Positions 24,501 through 33,244 of a stretch of 35,625 nucleotides of DNA are shown piece by piece; position 1 is the stretch's first letter; the number at the start of each line of letters is the position of its first letter. This DNA is from Verrucomicrobiota bacterium (lineage in GTDB: Bacteria > Verrucomicrobiota > Verrucomicrobiia > Chthoniobacterales > UBA10450). The stretch lies in contig JBKPLM010000056.1 of assembly GCA_046731655.1 (NCBI GenBank), positions 1-35,625 on the forward strand. Direction: 5' to 3'. The notes under the pieces are model-generated. The model was not told the DNA's origin and did not search any database. It worked only from the letters and a program-made list of their open reading frames with translations. Position numbers and translations under genes: made by a program.

Positions 24501-24883
24501 CGCTTGGCAGGATTCGAATGGTTCCGTCTCAACAGCAAAGACCGACTCCGGGCGGTTTGCCGTCATTCGCAGTGGCGGGATTACAGGTGGTTCCCAATTC
24601 TGAGACCGCGCCAGTTCAACTCACACCTTCGCAGCAGGGACGGGCATCTGTCCTCATCACGGTTCCGTTCCAGATTACCACGCTTGAGTTTGCGCCCTCG
24701 CTCGAAATTGCATCTGTTATCCTAAACTCCAATTCCAAGCAGGTGGCTGTTCAGTTACCCGGTGCCGGCCCGGCCCCGGCTGAGGGCGCGCCAATGTTTG
24801 AAATCGCAAATCTGGAGCTCGGCGAAGGCGGCGACATCGGCATGATACATCTGAATCCCGTTAGCGCTCCAAAACGAGTCTGA
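21569..24883 (+). CDS. Large single-pass membrane protein: signal peptide, duplicated TPR-like periplasmic module, S/T/A/P linker, TM helix, disordered acidic region, C-terminal repeat domain
   Basis: The ORF is 1104 aa. The signal-like N-terminus is MRVWGMAAVAALVLRLFAADSFGAEN. Two homologous modules span aa 31-228 and 243-444. A low-complexity region spans aa 445-590. The TM helix is MWLVGGLLLAAIVILAWVIVPSL (aa 598-620), followed by RRRY. An acidic, Pro-rich region follows. Repeats of the FEIAxxQLxP motif occupy aa 912-1104. Confidence 0.8.
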   Translation: MRVWGMAAVAALVLRLFAADSFGAENVAPTKAELEEMYNAAYRAFDSGKFAEALKQLDAIDIRQPDLAASKNLRGVILMRQGNYDQAEAALQDAARIDPKFWNARFNLAEIPFLKKDWPEARNRFEQLLSNGESDLAKEASQLIQYKILLTYLLEGKVNMVDSIQAKLELSPDTPAVDYVKAAVALQQKNQKEAKDWISTAEKNFPPQLNKLFVESLYEVGWLEKPAGQARPSLPLMTAAERSEKTKAIARAKFEQAQQALRQRDFTAALKLADEADQADPNQAATINLRGEILMQQEQFDQAEAAFKKAAKLDPKLREAQYNLAQIPFKKKEYAKARDRFETLYKRTPGGDKNQAAELIKFKIYMTLLLEGKESRAHAMMDEFQFTGDTPALYYAQAAWEFQHNNAEKATDWTASANKIYSSALNSVFADAFYDVGWMQKPAAATMPTPAFDTAQAEGSPAVEPSPIPDKVFAANSQSDTSKNEGLALGSTVSAPGAGLDIAGTGKAAQTSISASNESASGTGAQSEQPASALPSSGSESTTAAAPAESPQTSSPAPKEQGEQPALAQTSASASASPAVGVKAAEAAPSGVLARGRMWLVGGLLLAAIVILAWVIVPSLRRRYAFNLPSYSRTTSAAAPALFKPRAEPALPQKKAVHGNGFVGGPRQISLQLKASKPSLRDTAVPTGNLSHRVDLTKGRSAKPSRDSAFQMEEPIREVSLIGSEAEAESVVGPIVEQPAENGESLHTDIPQTPEIAGVPAVNELTEVAAIAPRTTAEIPESVEKTTWPTYEASDIFDDAKETASFSEQPVEIPRDEEVALPAVTTSTEFPGESISLEPPVPDQTVSPVIATPVLASAATFPDSPGATSAEPVFPQTTTPAIMPETTQTPTAPVNKAPAPPMAKPQQPPAAMQTSVQLTFSFEIAAMQLTPSFKMGALKVRPISKLVTMRLPSPQQPQSALNLQVSFEVAKIQPTAGALGRIRMVPSQQQRPTPGGLPSFAVAGLQVVPNSETAPVQLTPSQQGRASVLITVPFQITTLEFAPSLEIASVILNSNSKQVAVQLPGAGPAPAEGAPMFEIANLELGEGGDIGMIHLNPVSAPKRV
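21659..22900 (+). repeat. Internal tandem duplication of a TPR-containing module of about 200 aa within the 1104-aa protein
   Basis: Copy 1 reads NLRGVILMRQGNYDQAEAALQDAARIDPKFWNARFNLAEIPFLKKDWPEARNRFEQLL...YEVGWLEKPAG. Copy 2 reads NLRGEILMQQEQFDQAEAAFKKAAKLDPKLREAQYNLAQIPFKKKEYAKARDRFETLY...YDVGWMQKPAA. Confidence 0.85.
24302..24880 (+). repeat. Array of about 5 degenerate peptide repeats (core (S/P)F(E/Q/A)(I/V)Axx(Q/E)(L/V/P)xP) at the C-terminus of the 1104-aa protein
   Basis: The repeat copies are: VQLTFSFEIAAMQLTPSFKMGALKVRP; LQVSFEVAKIQPTAGALGRIRMVP; LPSFAVAGLQVVPNSETAPVQLTP; ITVPFQITTLEFAPSLEIASVILN; APMFEIANLELGEGGDIGMIHLNP. Confidence 0.7.
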
Positions 24884-24893
24884 CCGGACGAAG

Positions 24894-24911
24894 CTTCTTT
24901 CTTAGAAGAAG
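24894..24911. terminator. Weak AT-rich hairpin between convergent genes
   Basis: cttctt (24894-24899) pairs with aagaag (24906-24911) around a short loop. It lies 11 nt after the TGA of the 1104-aa gene. The stem is weak. Confidence 0.3.
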
Positions 24912-24924
24912 ACCGTTCTGCAGT

Positions 24925-26025
24925 TCAGCGCCAGTTTAGCGAACGCAGTTGTTTCGGAAGAAACACTCCGTTCTTTCGAATCGGCTTGCCGTCGAAATAG
25001 ATTTCTCCGCCCCCGTATTCGGGCCGCTGGATGTTTACCATGTCCCAGTGGACCTGGCTTCGGTTTCCATTGTCGGCTTCCTCGTAAGCTTGCCCGGGAG
25101 TGAAATGAAACGAGCCGGCGATTTTTTCATCGAACAAAATGTCACGCATGGGATGTAAAATGCGTGGATTAAAGCCGAGCGAAAATTCGCCGATGTAGCG
25201 GGCACCCGGATCTGAATCGAGAATCTTGTTCAGCTTTTTCGTTTCGTTGCTTGTCGCATCGACAATTTTTCCGTTTTTGAATTCGAGGCGGATGCCATCA
25301 AAGGCGATCCCCTGATATATGCTTGGCGCGCTAAACGTCACATGCCCCTCGACCGAATCTCTCACGGGGCAGCTGAACACTTCGCCATCGGGAATATTGC
25401 GATCGCCTCCGCAGATCACAGCTGGAATCCCCTTGAGGCTGAACCGAAGATCGGTTCCAGGACCTTTGATTTCGACGCGATCGGTTTTTTCCATCAGCCG
25501 CTTGAGCGCCTTCATGCCGGGCTGGAGCTTCCGATAATCGAGAGTGCAGACTTCGAAATAGAAATCTTCAAACGCCTCCGAGCTCATTCCTGCAAGCTGT
25601 GCCATGGATGGCGTGGGCCAGCGCAGGACTACCCACTTGGTCTTTTTTACTCGCTGATCCTGTACCGGCCGCATTTTCCTGGCGATTAATTTCATTGTCT
25701 CCGGTGGCACATCGGATAATTCCGTGATGTTGTTGCTGCCTCGCACTGCGATGTAGGCATCCATTTTTTTCATCCGCGCCAGTTCGTGGCTTGTGATGAG
25801 GTTTAGCTGCCTGTCGGAGGCTTCCAGCGCAAGCGCGCGGTTTACGCGAACGTGATAAGTCTGTGCAAATGGCACTCCACCCGCCTTCCTCACCGCCCGT
25901 ATGAGCGCGATGGTCATTTCGTCGGGAATATCGAACGCTTCGATGAGGACCATTTCATTGCGCTTGAGACGGATGGAATATTCCACCAGAAGTTTCGCGA
26001 GTTTATCAAACCGGGCGTCGTGCAT
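24925..26025 (-). CDS. M29-family (AmpS/PepS/aminopeptidase T-like) aminopeptidase
   Basis: Length 366 aa. The N-terminus is [48 protein letters not shown]. Later blocks are [38 protein letters not shown] and HWDMV, which are typical of thermophilic metalloprotease M29 members. Confidence 0.75.
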   Translation of the reverse strand: MHDARFDKLAKLLVEYSIRLKRNEMVLIEAFDIPDEMTIALIRAVRKAGGVPFAQTYHVRVNRALALEASDRQLNLITSHELARMKKMDAYIAVRGSNNITELSDVPPETMKLIARKMRPVQDQRVKKTKWVVLRWPTPSMAQLAGMSSEAFEDFYFEVCTLDYRKLQPGMKALKRLMEKTDRVEIKGPGTDLRFSLKGIPAVICGGDRNIPDGEVFSCPVRDSVEGHVTFSAPSIYQGIAFDGIRLEFKNGKIVDATSNETKKLNKILDSDPGARYIGEFSLGFNPRILHPMRDILFDEKIAGSFHFTPGQAYEEADNGNRSQVHWDMVNIQRPEYGGGEIYFDGKPIRKNGVFLPKQLRSLNWR

Positions 26026-26071
26026 AGGCTCTTATCATTCCACCAGCATCGCCGGACGCAACCGGCTGATG

Positions 26072-27325
26072 CTATCCGCCTCGGATAAATTTCGCTGCGA
26101 AAGCGCCGTCGACACCGTCTCGAAAGGGAAGCAAGCGCTTTTGCTCTTCGACGCGTAGGATGGACGCGCCGGTCAGAGCTTGCCGCACCACCTGCTCGTT
26201 CTCTTCTGGCTCAAGGCTGCAGGTGCTGTAAGCAAGTACTCCGTTCGCCTCTAATAATGGGATGAGTGTGCGAAGCATTTCGAGCTGCCGTTGTTGCATG
26301 CGAGGAAAATCGGCTGGTTGTAATCGCCACCGCACATCGACGCGTCGCCGCATTACTCCGGTATTGCTGCAAGGTGCATCAATCAGAATGCGGTGAAAGG
26401 GCGCCATTGAAGCGATCTCTGCAGGGATGTGACCGCGTGTCCAATCATGGTCAACAGTGTGAACGATCTCAACACCGAGGCGCGCCATGTTCTCTTTCAA
26501 CATTTGCAGCCGGGCTGGATCGCGATCGCATGCGATGATTGTTCCACGGTTTTCCATTAGTTGTGCAATGTAACCCGTTTTTCCGCCCGGAGCGGCGCAT
26601 GCGTCGAGGACCTTTTCTCCAGGCCGGACATCGAGAATCTCACAGGCAATTGCGGTGCTTGGATCTTGAATGTAGCAATGGCCTTGCCTGACGGCGCCCA
26701 TCGGCAACACGTCAAATTCAACGAACTCGGGATTAGGCGTCAGCGGCCGCGCGTCTCGATAAAGCACGAGGAACTCCTCCCGGCGTATTCTTAGTTGATT
26801 GATTCGTCCAAAGACCGGCGCAGGAAGATTGTTCCATTTACAGAGTTCTTCAGCGTGTTGGACGCCGAAATGCTGCTGCCAGCGTTCGACAAGAAATTGC
26901 GGATGTGAGGCTCGAACGAAGAGAGGCTCTGCGTCGGTGCGCGCAAGCAATTCACTCTGCCGCCGGATCGCGGTGCGAAGCATGCCATTCACGATCGGCC
27001 GCTGGCTTTGTGGGACGAGATCCACTGTCTCATGGACCGCCGCATGCCGGGCTGTCTTGAGAAGGAAAAGTTGATATAAACCAAGTCGCAGAACGTCGCG
27101 AAGATGGCTATCGACCCGCGAACTACGCAGGCAGCCGATCCAAAAATCCAGCAAGGTTAAATTGCGCAGAACGCCGTAAAAAAGTTCAAAGGCAAACCCA
27201 CGATCCGATTCGGTCAATTCCACCCTGGCGAGAGATTCCGAGACAATCGAGTCGGCAAAGCGCTTTTCTTTTCGCCATGTGCGCAGCGCGCTCAGCGCAA
27301 TCCGGCGAGCAGAAAGCCGCGCCAT
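26072..27325 (-). CDS. rsmB: 16S rRNA (cytosine-C5)-methyltransferase RsmB/Sun
   Basis: A NusB-like N-terminal domain is followed by the SAM-methyltransferase motifs VLDACAAPGGKTGYIA, ILIDAPCSNTGVMRRR and LAYSTCSLEPEENE. Confidence 0.88.
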   Translation of the reverse strand: MARLSARRIALSALRTWRKEKRFADSIVSESLARVELTESDRGFAFELFYGVLRNLTLLDFWIGCLRSSRVDSHLRDVLRLGLYQLFLLKTARHAAVHETVDLVPQSQRPIVNGMLRTAIRRQSELLARTDAEPLFVRASHPQFLVERWQQHFGVQHAEELCKWNNLPAPVFGRINQLRIRREEFLVLYRDARPLTPNPEFVEFDVLPMGAVRQGHCYIQDPSTAIACEILDVRPGEKVLDACAAPGGKTGYIAQLMENRGTIIACDRDPARLQMLKENMARLGVEIVHTVDHDWTRGHIPAEIASMAPFHRILIDAPCSNTGVMRRRVDVRWRLQPADFPRMQQRQLEMLRTLIPLLEANGVLAYSTCSLEPEENEQVVRQALTGASILRVEEQKRLLPFRDGVDGAFAAKFIRGG

Positions 27326-27341
27326 ATTCCTGAAAAGGTTG

Positions 27342-28655
27342 TTATTGCGGCTTCACGCTGGCGCGTCCAATCGAGTGATAATGAAAACCCAGCCGACCCA
27401 TCGTTCCAGGGTCTAACAGATTTCGCCCGTCGAAGACGATCGGCGTTCTCATTTTTTCTTTCACCACCGCGAGATCGACGTTGGCGAATTCGTTCCATTC
27501 TGTGGCGATGACGAGCGCTTCGGCATCATTCACCGCTTCAAGAGCAGACGAGGCGAATTCCGTGTCGGCGATCGCTTTGATGGCGCGGGCCTTTTGCATT
27601 CCTTTCGGGTCGTAGGCAACGACGTGTGCTCCTTCGCGCAGCAGGGTTTCTACCAGTTCGATTGCGACAGATGAACGAAGATCGTCCGTATCGGGTTTGA
27701 ATGTGAGACCCCATACAGCAATCCGCTTTTCTCGCAATACCCACAGCGTTTCCCGAATCGCCTTTAGGAAACGCACTTTCTGAGCATTGTTAATGCGCTG
27801 TACTTCCTTGAGCAAATTAAACGGTACACCAAGCCGCTCGCTGATCGTGATGAAGGCAGCAATATCTTTGGGAAAACAAGAACCGCCGTATCCAATTCCA
27901 GCATTAAGAAAATCACGGCCGATTCGATGATCCATCCCGATGCCATCGGCGACTTTTTCAACATTGGCTCCGCTTGCCTCGCAAATCGTCGAGACCGCGT
28001 TGATGTACGAAATTTTCAGCGCCAGGAATGAATTGGCGCAATGCTTGATGAGTTCGGCGCTGTTAATGTCGGTCACCAGGATGGGCGCCATAAACGGCTC
28101 ATAAATCTTCTTCATGAGATCGATGGCGCGTTCGCTTTGGGCCCCGATCACGACGCGATCAGGCTTCATCAAGTCAGCTACCGCACAGCCTTCGCGCAGA
28201 AATTCAGGATTACTGACGACATCGAAATCTGCGCCATGGCGGTTATATCTTTTGATTGATTCGGCCACTTTTTCGCCGGTTTTCACAGGCACTGTGCTCT
28301 TGTCAACAATTACGCGGTAATCGGTTAAAACTCCCGCGATTTCACGAGCGACTTTCTCCAGAAAGCTGAGATCGACATCGCCATCCGGCTGCTGTGGAGT
28401 AGGAACGGCGATAAAGACGATCTGAGAATTATTCACGCCCTCCTCTATGCTGCCGGTGAAACGCAGCCGATGCGCCGACACATTGCGATGAATGATTTCT
28501 TCAAGGCCAGGTTCATAGATTGGTACCTCGCCGCTTTGGAGTTGCTTTATCTTCTGCATGTCGTTGTCGACGCATATGACGTTATGTCCGACATCGGCGA
28601 AACAGGCGCCAGTCACCAGGCCGACATAACCAGAACCGATGATTGCAAGATCCAT
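27342..28655 (-). CDS. ugd: UDP-glucose 6-dehydrogenase
   Basis: Motifs: MDLAIIGSGYVGLVTGACFADVGHNVICVD, PIYEPGLEE, GGSCFPKDI, GLTFKPDTDDLRSS. Length 437 aa. Confidence 0.92.
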   Translation of the reverse strand: MDLAIIGSGYVGLVTGACFADVGHNVICVDNDMQKIKQLQSGEVPIYEPGLEEIIHRNVSAHRLRFTGSIEEGVNNSQIVFIAVPTPQQPDGDVDLSFLEKVAREIAGVLTDYRVIVDKSTVPVKTGEKVAESIKRYNRHGADFDVVSNPEFLREGCAVADLMKPDRVVIGAQSERAIDLMKKIYEPFMAPILVTDINSAELIKHCANSFLALKISYINAVSTICEASGANVEKVADGIGMDHRIGRDFLNAGIGYGGSCFPKDIAAFITISERLGVPFNLLKEVQRINNAQKVRFLKAIRETLWVLREKRIAVWGLTFKPDTDDLRSSVAIELVETLLREGAHVVAYDPKGMQKARAIKAIADTEFASSALEAVNDAEALVIATEWNEFANVDLAVVKEKMRTPIVFDGRNLLDPGTMGRLGFHYHSIGRASVKPQ

Positions 28656-28741
28656 GATTGAAGGAATGGTGCGGGCGAATTAGCCGCAACACAAGTGCCC
28701 GAACAAATCCAGGCTATCCAGTATTGTTCGCGCGTTTTCGT

Positions 28742-30976
28742 TCATTCCCCTTCGGCCGAAGGATCGAAGTTCAAGTCGAATCCAAATTTCGGGAATGCCT
28801 TGAGCGTTATGGTGAAGATGACGCCATATTCTCTTGAGCCCGAATTGTCGCGTATGATCCCGCCGAATGAGGCCACCCAGCTCGACAAGTCTCGGTAAAT
28901 GGAGTAGCGCTGCTGCTCGAGGACTCCCGTTGCACCTTCGTATTGCTCCTGGATTCCGATGCCCCAGTTATCATCGATCCGATAATATCCGCCGACAACG
29001 AACAAACTGCTGTCCTGGAAGAAGGGATTGCCATTCAAATAGCGATGCGCAACGGTCAATTGCAGATTGGCCATTGGTTGAACGCTTGCAATGGTATCGA
29101 CTTCCGTAAACCCTTTGTCGAAGGCTGGCAGCTGAGAGTTGATCGTGAAGGACATCCAAGGCAGCGGTGTAAAGCGGATGTTATTAAAAAGGTTTGAGTA
29201 TTCGGTGCGGTCGTACGGATTGTCGAAGTTCACGTCAAGGTAGGTATCGAGTTCGAACCAGGTGATTGTTCTATCGTCCCGGCGCGTTTCCAGCTTATTG
29301 CGAACCCCTACCCGCCACACGGTCCAATTATCGATGGAGTCGATACTCGTGAATTGGGGGAAATCAATTGCCCGCAGTGGGGTCGAAGGCTGAAACCGAT
29401 CGAGCGCCAAAATTGCTGTTGGATCAGGTCCATCCTCTTTCACGTAAGAAAAGTTCGTGAACGGCTGAACAACGTGCATGAGTCCGTCCAGCCCGAACGC
29501 GCGACTTTGCACATCCTCCCACTTACGCGAGACCTTGAACGAAGCTTCTGTACCTGTGTCGAAAACCGATCGAAACGTGTCTCCGTCGAATTTGACCGGA
29601 TTAGCTAGCGTCGGAGGCGGAAGAATAAAGTCTGGTACGAGAGGATTTGACGGCGGTATGAAGGTTGTTGAGCCCAGGTCCCAAGTCTTGCCATAATAGG
29701 TTCCGCGATAGCCGGCCCGTGGTACGATGGAAAGCCATCCAAAGTACGTGTTGGGAAAAGTTAGTTGGTGGAAGGTGTCGAGACGATCCGTGCCATAATT
29801 CTCGAAGCCCAAACCCTGAGGGAATTGTAGCCTTAAATTGGCAAAGCCGGTCTCGCCTTCGTAGAAGATAGGTCCGCCAAAAAGGGCATGCCGTTTTACG
29901 TCCAATACGACTTCCGGTTGGCGTTCAGTTGTGACGAAAAACTCGTTCGCCTGAAAACGTTCGATCGCCGTGAGCGTATAAAACGGATCCGTCTTTGCCA
30001 CGGCGATCACATTGTCCGGAACGGGATCGATGCGGAACTCCCCTTGATAGAAATCCTGCATTACATATTTATCGCTAAGCTTGGTGAGATTGGTGAGGGC
30101 ATAGATATCATCTGTAAAGTTGGTCGTATCCGCCAGACTTACCCGGTATCGTCCGGTAGGAACGTCTTTTCGCGGAATATTAGTTTCATTCAGGTTCGGA
30201 TTTTGGTCCTGGATATAATACGTTTTGATCCGCGCCTGGCTGTCGTTGAAATAATCTATGGTCGAATCCAAGCCCACAGCCACACCGCGCCGGCCCCGAT
30301 AATCGAGCCGGAACCGCTCCCTGATGTCGTCTGTAATTGGGAATGTCACTTGAGTGAGAAGCGATGGTCCCCATGAACTCAAATATGCTGGCGAAATTGA
30401 GAAGCTGAATGCCTCGTTGAGCGATTGATAAAGATAGGGCCACCAAAAAACAGGCACCTTCCCCACGTACGCGGTTACATACTGGAAAATCACGCGATCG
30501 TTCTCGTAAACGCGAATCGTTCGAGCGTGGAGATGGAAGTCAGCCTTTGGTGAATCATGAGTCGTAAAGGTGCCGTCCTTTATTAGATAACCGTTCTCAG
30601 AAATTGAGGTCACGTGGGCGCCGCTTAGGAAATAAGGTTGCGACTCGGTTCGTGCATTGAGCGCTCTGATTTTCTTAGTCTCAGTATTGTAAATGCCGTT
30701 CTCGGCGATGTACAGGCTCGTGTCCCGATAGATTCGCACGTGGCCTCTCAACTCGACGTCGTGCGTAACGGAATTGTATTGCGCGTAATCGGCGTAAATG
30801 TCCGTGTTGCCAATATGAATCGCGACGTTATCGCGCGCCGTGGCCAGGCCGTTCTCATATGTCGTTTCTCCAGTAGAAGTAATTTCAATCGGAGCGTTCT
30901 CCGGAGTCTTGATCTCTCCGTGGATCAAGCTGGCACTTGCCAAAAGAATGGCGATCAACAAGACCCGCGTTCGCAT
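28742..30976 (-). CDS. lptD: LPS-assembly outer-membrane protein LptD-like (OstA N-terminal domain plus large beta-barrel)
   Basis: I prefer the ATG at 30976 (MRTRVLLIAILLASASLIHGE, signal peptide) over the ORF-maximal 31105. The OstA-like block is IEITSTGETTYENGLATARDNVAIHIGNTDIYADYAQYNSVTHDVELRGHVRIY. The C-terminal region is long, rich in aromatic residues and beta-strand-like. Confidence 0.7.
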   Translation of the reverse strand: MRTRVLLIAILLASASLIHGEIKTPENAPIEITSTGETTYENGLATARDNVAIHIGNTDIYADYAQYNSVTHDVELRGHVRIYRDTSLYIAENGIYNTETKKIRALNARTESQPYFLSGAHVTSISENGYLIKDGTFTTHDSPKADFHLHARTIRVYENDRVIFQYVTAYVGKVPVFWWPYLYQSLNEAFSFSISPAYLSSWGPSLLTQVTFPITDDIRERFRLDYRGRRGVAVGLDSTIDYFNDSQARIKTYYIQDQNPNLNETNIPRKDVPTGRYRVSLADTTNFTDDIYALTNLTKLSDKYVMQDFYQGEFRIDPVPDNVIAVAKTDPFYTLTAIERFQANEFFVTTERQPEVVLDVKRHALFGGPIFYEGETGFANLRLQFPQGLGFENYGTDRLDTFHQLTFPNTYFGWLSIVPRAGYRGTYYGKTWDLGSTTFIPPSNPLVPDFILPPPTLANPVKFDGDTFRSVFDTGTEASFKVSRKWEDVQSRAFGLDGLMHVVQPFTNFSYVKEDGPDPTAILALDRFQPSTPLRAIDFPQFTSIDSIDNWTVWRVGVRNKLETRRDDRTITWFELDTYLDVNFDNPYDRTEYSNLFNNIRFTPLPWMSFTINSQLPAFDKGFTEVDTIASVQPMANLQLTVAHRYLNGNPFFQDSSLFVVGGYYRIDDNWGIGIQEQYEGATGVLEQQRYSIYRDLSSWVASFGGIIRDNSGSREYGVIFTITLKAFPKFGFDLNFDPSAEGE

Positions 30977-31192
30977 GGCGCACGCCGAACGTACCGCGCT
31001 GGAGCCTAGCTGCAAAGCCAAAAGCACTCCACGCAATAAGGGCAGGCAGTAAGCACGACCCGGTTTTGAAGCGAAATCATTGCGCGTTCTGTCTTGATTA
31101 ACCAATCAATTGACGGTTTTCTTCATCTCAACGTGAGCCAGTCTGTTGATCAGATCTTTGTTGATGCCAAGCAGTGGCTGCTGTCTTGGGTG

Positions 31193-32320
31193 ATGGCGGC
31201 GCCTGGCTGGTTTGTCCAGATCGTATCGAGTTTGATCAATATTTTCGCGCTGCTCACAGTATTTTTGACGTTGTTCGCGCTCATGTCGGTGCTAGAGCGG
31301 AAGATTCTCGGCCGGATACAAAATCGCTATGGCCCTAATCGCGTCGGGCCGTTCGGGCTTTTGCAGCCAGTGGCCGACGGCATCAAGATGTTGATAAAGG
31401 AAGACATCGTCCCCGCCCGCGCGGACAAGCTTGTGCATTTCCTGGCGCCGATTCTCATAGCTGCTGCGGCGATTCTTGCCCTTGGGATAATCCCTTATGG
31501 CCGGAACATGACGCCGTTTACAATCGACGGCGGGATTCTTTTTTTCTTTGCGGTTGGATCGACAACAGAGCTTGCGGTCTTCATGGCCGGCTGGGGAAGC
31601 AATAACAAGTTTTCGATGCTCGGTGCGATGCGCGCCATCGCGCAAATGATTAGCTACGAACTGCCGCTCATAATCACTGTCCTCCCGGTGGTGATGGTGG
31701 TCGGCTCGCTTACACCCGACATGATTGTTGCCGCGCAGGCTGAATACACATTTGGTTTCGTGCCGCGCTGGTTCGTCTTCACGCCGTGGGGCGCAACTGC
31801 GTTCGTTTTGTTCTTTGTGTCCGGTCTCGTGGAATCGAATCGCACTCCGTTCGATGTGCCGGAAGGCGAATCGGAAATTGTCGCGGGCCACATGACCGAA
31901 TATTCCGGATTCAAATACGCGACTTTTTTCATGGCGGAATACATCGGGATGTTCGCCATCACGGGGCTCGCCGCGACCTTGTTTCTCGGTGGCTGGCATT
32001 CGCCCGTGCAGGTCCTGGAATTTATTCCGTCCTACGTCTGGTTTTTCGCGAAGCTGAGCGCGCTTCTCTTCGTTTACGTCTGGCTTCGCGGAACGTTGCC
32101 GCGCACGCGGATTGACCAAATCATGAACTTTGCCTGGAAATTCATGCTGCCAATGTCGTTCACCTGCGTCATCGCGGCGGCTGTGTGGCATTATGCTGGT
32201 CGCGGATTGCGCGGTTGGCTTTGGTCGCTTGTGGTGATCGCAATCGTTTACAGCATCCTGTCGATGTTGCTCGACACACAAAGGAAGTTTGCGCCGCGCG
32301 TTTACCGTTTCGCCGAATGA
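31193..32320 (+). CDS. nuoH: NADH-quinone oxidoreductase subunit H
   Basis: Motifs: MSVLERKILGRIQNRYGPNRVGPFGLLQPVADGIKMLIKEDI, ESNRTPFDVPEGESEIVAGHMTEYSG, FFMAEY. The ATG at 31193 gives the usual ~34 aa before the ERK motif. The listed ORF begins at a TTG at 31094. Confidence 0.9.
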   Translation: MAAPGWFVQIVSSLINIFALLTVFLTLFALMSVLERKILGRIQNRYGPNRVGPFGLLQPVADGIKMLIKEDIVPARADKLVHFLAPILIAAAAILALGIIPYGRNMTPFTIDGGILFFFAVGSTTELAVFMAGWGSNNKFSMLGAMRAIAQMISYELPLIITVLPVVMVVGSLTPDMIVAAQAEYTFGFVPRWFVFTPWGATAFVLFFVSGLVESNRTPFDVPEGESEIVAGHMTEYSGFKYATFFMAEYIGMFAITGLAATLFLGGWHSPVQVLEFIPSYVWFFAKLSALLFVYVWLRGTLPRTRIDQIMNFAWKFMLPMSFTCVIAAAVWHYAGRGLRGWLWSLVVIAIVYSILSMLLDTQRKFAPRVYRFAE

Positions 32321-32450
32321 ACAAAGCTGTTGCCCCACAATTGACCATCAGACTGAGCGGCGGCACGCGCGAAACTCGGCGGCTTAAAGCCGTCGAGTTC
32401 CAAGGACTAGAACCCGGATCCCGCGGGCAGGATGTCTCTGCCACGATTGA

Positions 32451-32933
32451 ATGAGCAGCGCCGCGTTGGTCATTATCTCTGTCCTGACGCTGGCCGCTGC
32501 GCTGGCCGCTGCCACGCTGCAAAAGCTTATGCATGCGACGCTGAGTTTTGCCGTGACACTTGTGGGTGTCGCCGCACTCTTCTTTCTGCTGGGCGCGGAA
32601 TTTGTCGGCCTGGTGTTGGTATTCGTCTATATCGGTGCGGTCGCGGTATTAATCGTTTTTACGATTCTTCTAACTCGGCGTGACATTGGAAAAGATCGCG
32701 GCGTTAACTGGGGCGGTGCACTCCTGGCGTTTGGCGTCTTTGGTGGTTTGGCCTGGGCAGTTTTTAAGACGCACTCGGTGGCCATTGGCGCCCCACACGT
32801 TCGAGCACTGACTGTTAAACGAATCGGTGAAGCATTGATGACTGGCTATGTCTGGCCATTGCAGTGTGTGGGGCTCCTTCTAACTGCTGCGTTGATCGGC
32901 GCGCTCGTTCTTGTAATGGAGGAGAAACGGTGA
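32451..32933 (+). CDS. nuoJ: NADH-quinone oxidoreductase subunit J
   Basis: Length 160 aa. The sequence HATLSFAVTLVGVAALFFLLGAEFVGLVLVFVYIGAVAVLIVFTILL is typical of NuoJ, and the gene sits directly upstream of nuoK. Confidence 0.85.
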   Translation: MSSAALVIISVLTLAAALAAATLQKLMHATLSFAVTLVGVAALFFLLGAEFVGLVLVFVYIGAVAVLIVFTILLTRRDIGKDRGVNWGGALLAFGVFGGLAWAVFKTHSVAIGAPHVRALTVKRIGEALMTGYVWPLQCVGLLLTAALIGALVLVMEEKR

Positions 32934-33244
32934 CGCCGACGCTTCAAGCCTTCCTCATTGTTTCCGCCGCCCTGTTCTCTGCCGGCCTGCTGGCTGCTTT
33001 GAGCCGACGTCACGCCATCTTCATTCTGATTGGGATCGAGATGATGCTTGCCGCAGCAAACCTTAATTTCATTGCATTCTGGCGCTTCGGCCCGCTATCG
33101 CAGCCACCAACCGGTGTTATGATCGCGATTTTCTCAATCGCCATTGCCGCGGCTGAAGCCGCTGTCGGCCTTGCGCTGGTAATTGCTGTCTATCGGCACT
33201 ACCGCACAACAAACGTTGATCATCTGAACCAACTCAAAGGATGA
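32930..33244 (+). CDS. nuoK: NADH-quinone oxidoreductase subunit K
   Basis: The GTG at 32930 overlaps the nuoJ TGA (GTGA). The protein is 104 aa: VTPTLQAFLIVSAALFSAGLLAALSRRHAIFILIGIEMMLAAANLNFIAF...AAAEAAVGLALVIAVYR. The listed ORF from 32864 is an in-frame over-extension. Confidence 0.88.
   Translation: MTPTLQAFLIVSAALFSAGLLAALSRRHAIFILIGIEMMLAAANLNFIAFWRFGPLSQPPTGVMIAIFSIAIAAAEAAVGLALVIAVYRHYRTTNVDHLNQLKG

Noticed and set aside
26047-26071. A hairpin (catcgccgg/ccggctgatg with one bulge) directly after the rsmB stop on the minus strand, considered as a terminator.
   Set aside because: No U-tract follows, and the next gene (the M29 aminopeptidase) starts about 20 nt downstream of the hairpin on the same strand. 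It is more likely incidental, or at most an intercistronic structure.
27342-28655. ugd as the donor-pathway gene (UDP-GlcA to L-Ara4N) for the ArnT-like GT-C at 10402-12015.
   Set aside because: The two genes are 15 kb apart and separated by unrelated housekeeping genes. No arnA/B/C/D-like genes are visible. Ugd has many other roles.
31292-32338. A 348-aa ORF on the minus strand, antisense to nuoH. Similar long antisense ORFs occur at 14749-15372, 22433-23002, 33840-34328, 1670-2086 and 21776-22192.
   Set aside because: Each lies entirely inside a well-supported gene on the opposite strand. Their translations are Arg/Pro/Gly/His-rich and low in complexity with no recognisable motifs. This is typical of shadow ORFs in moderately GC-rich DNA.
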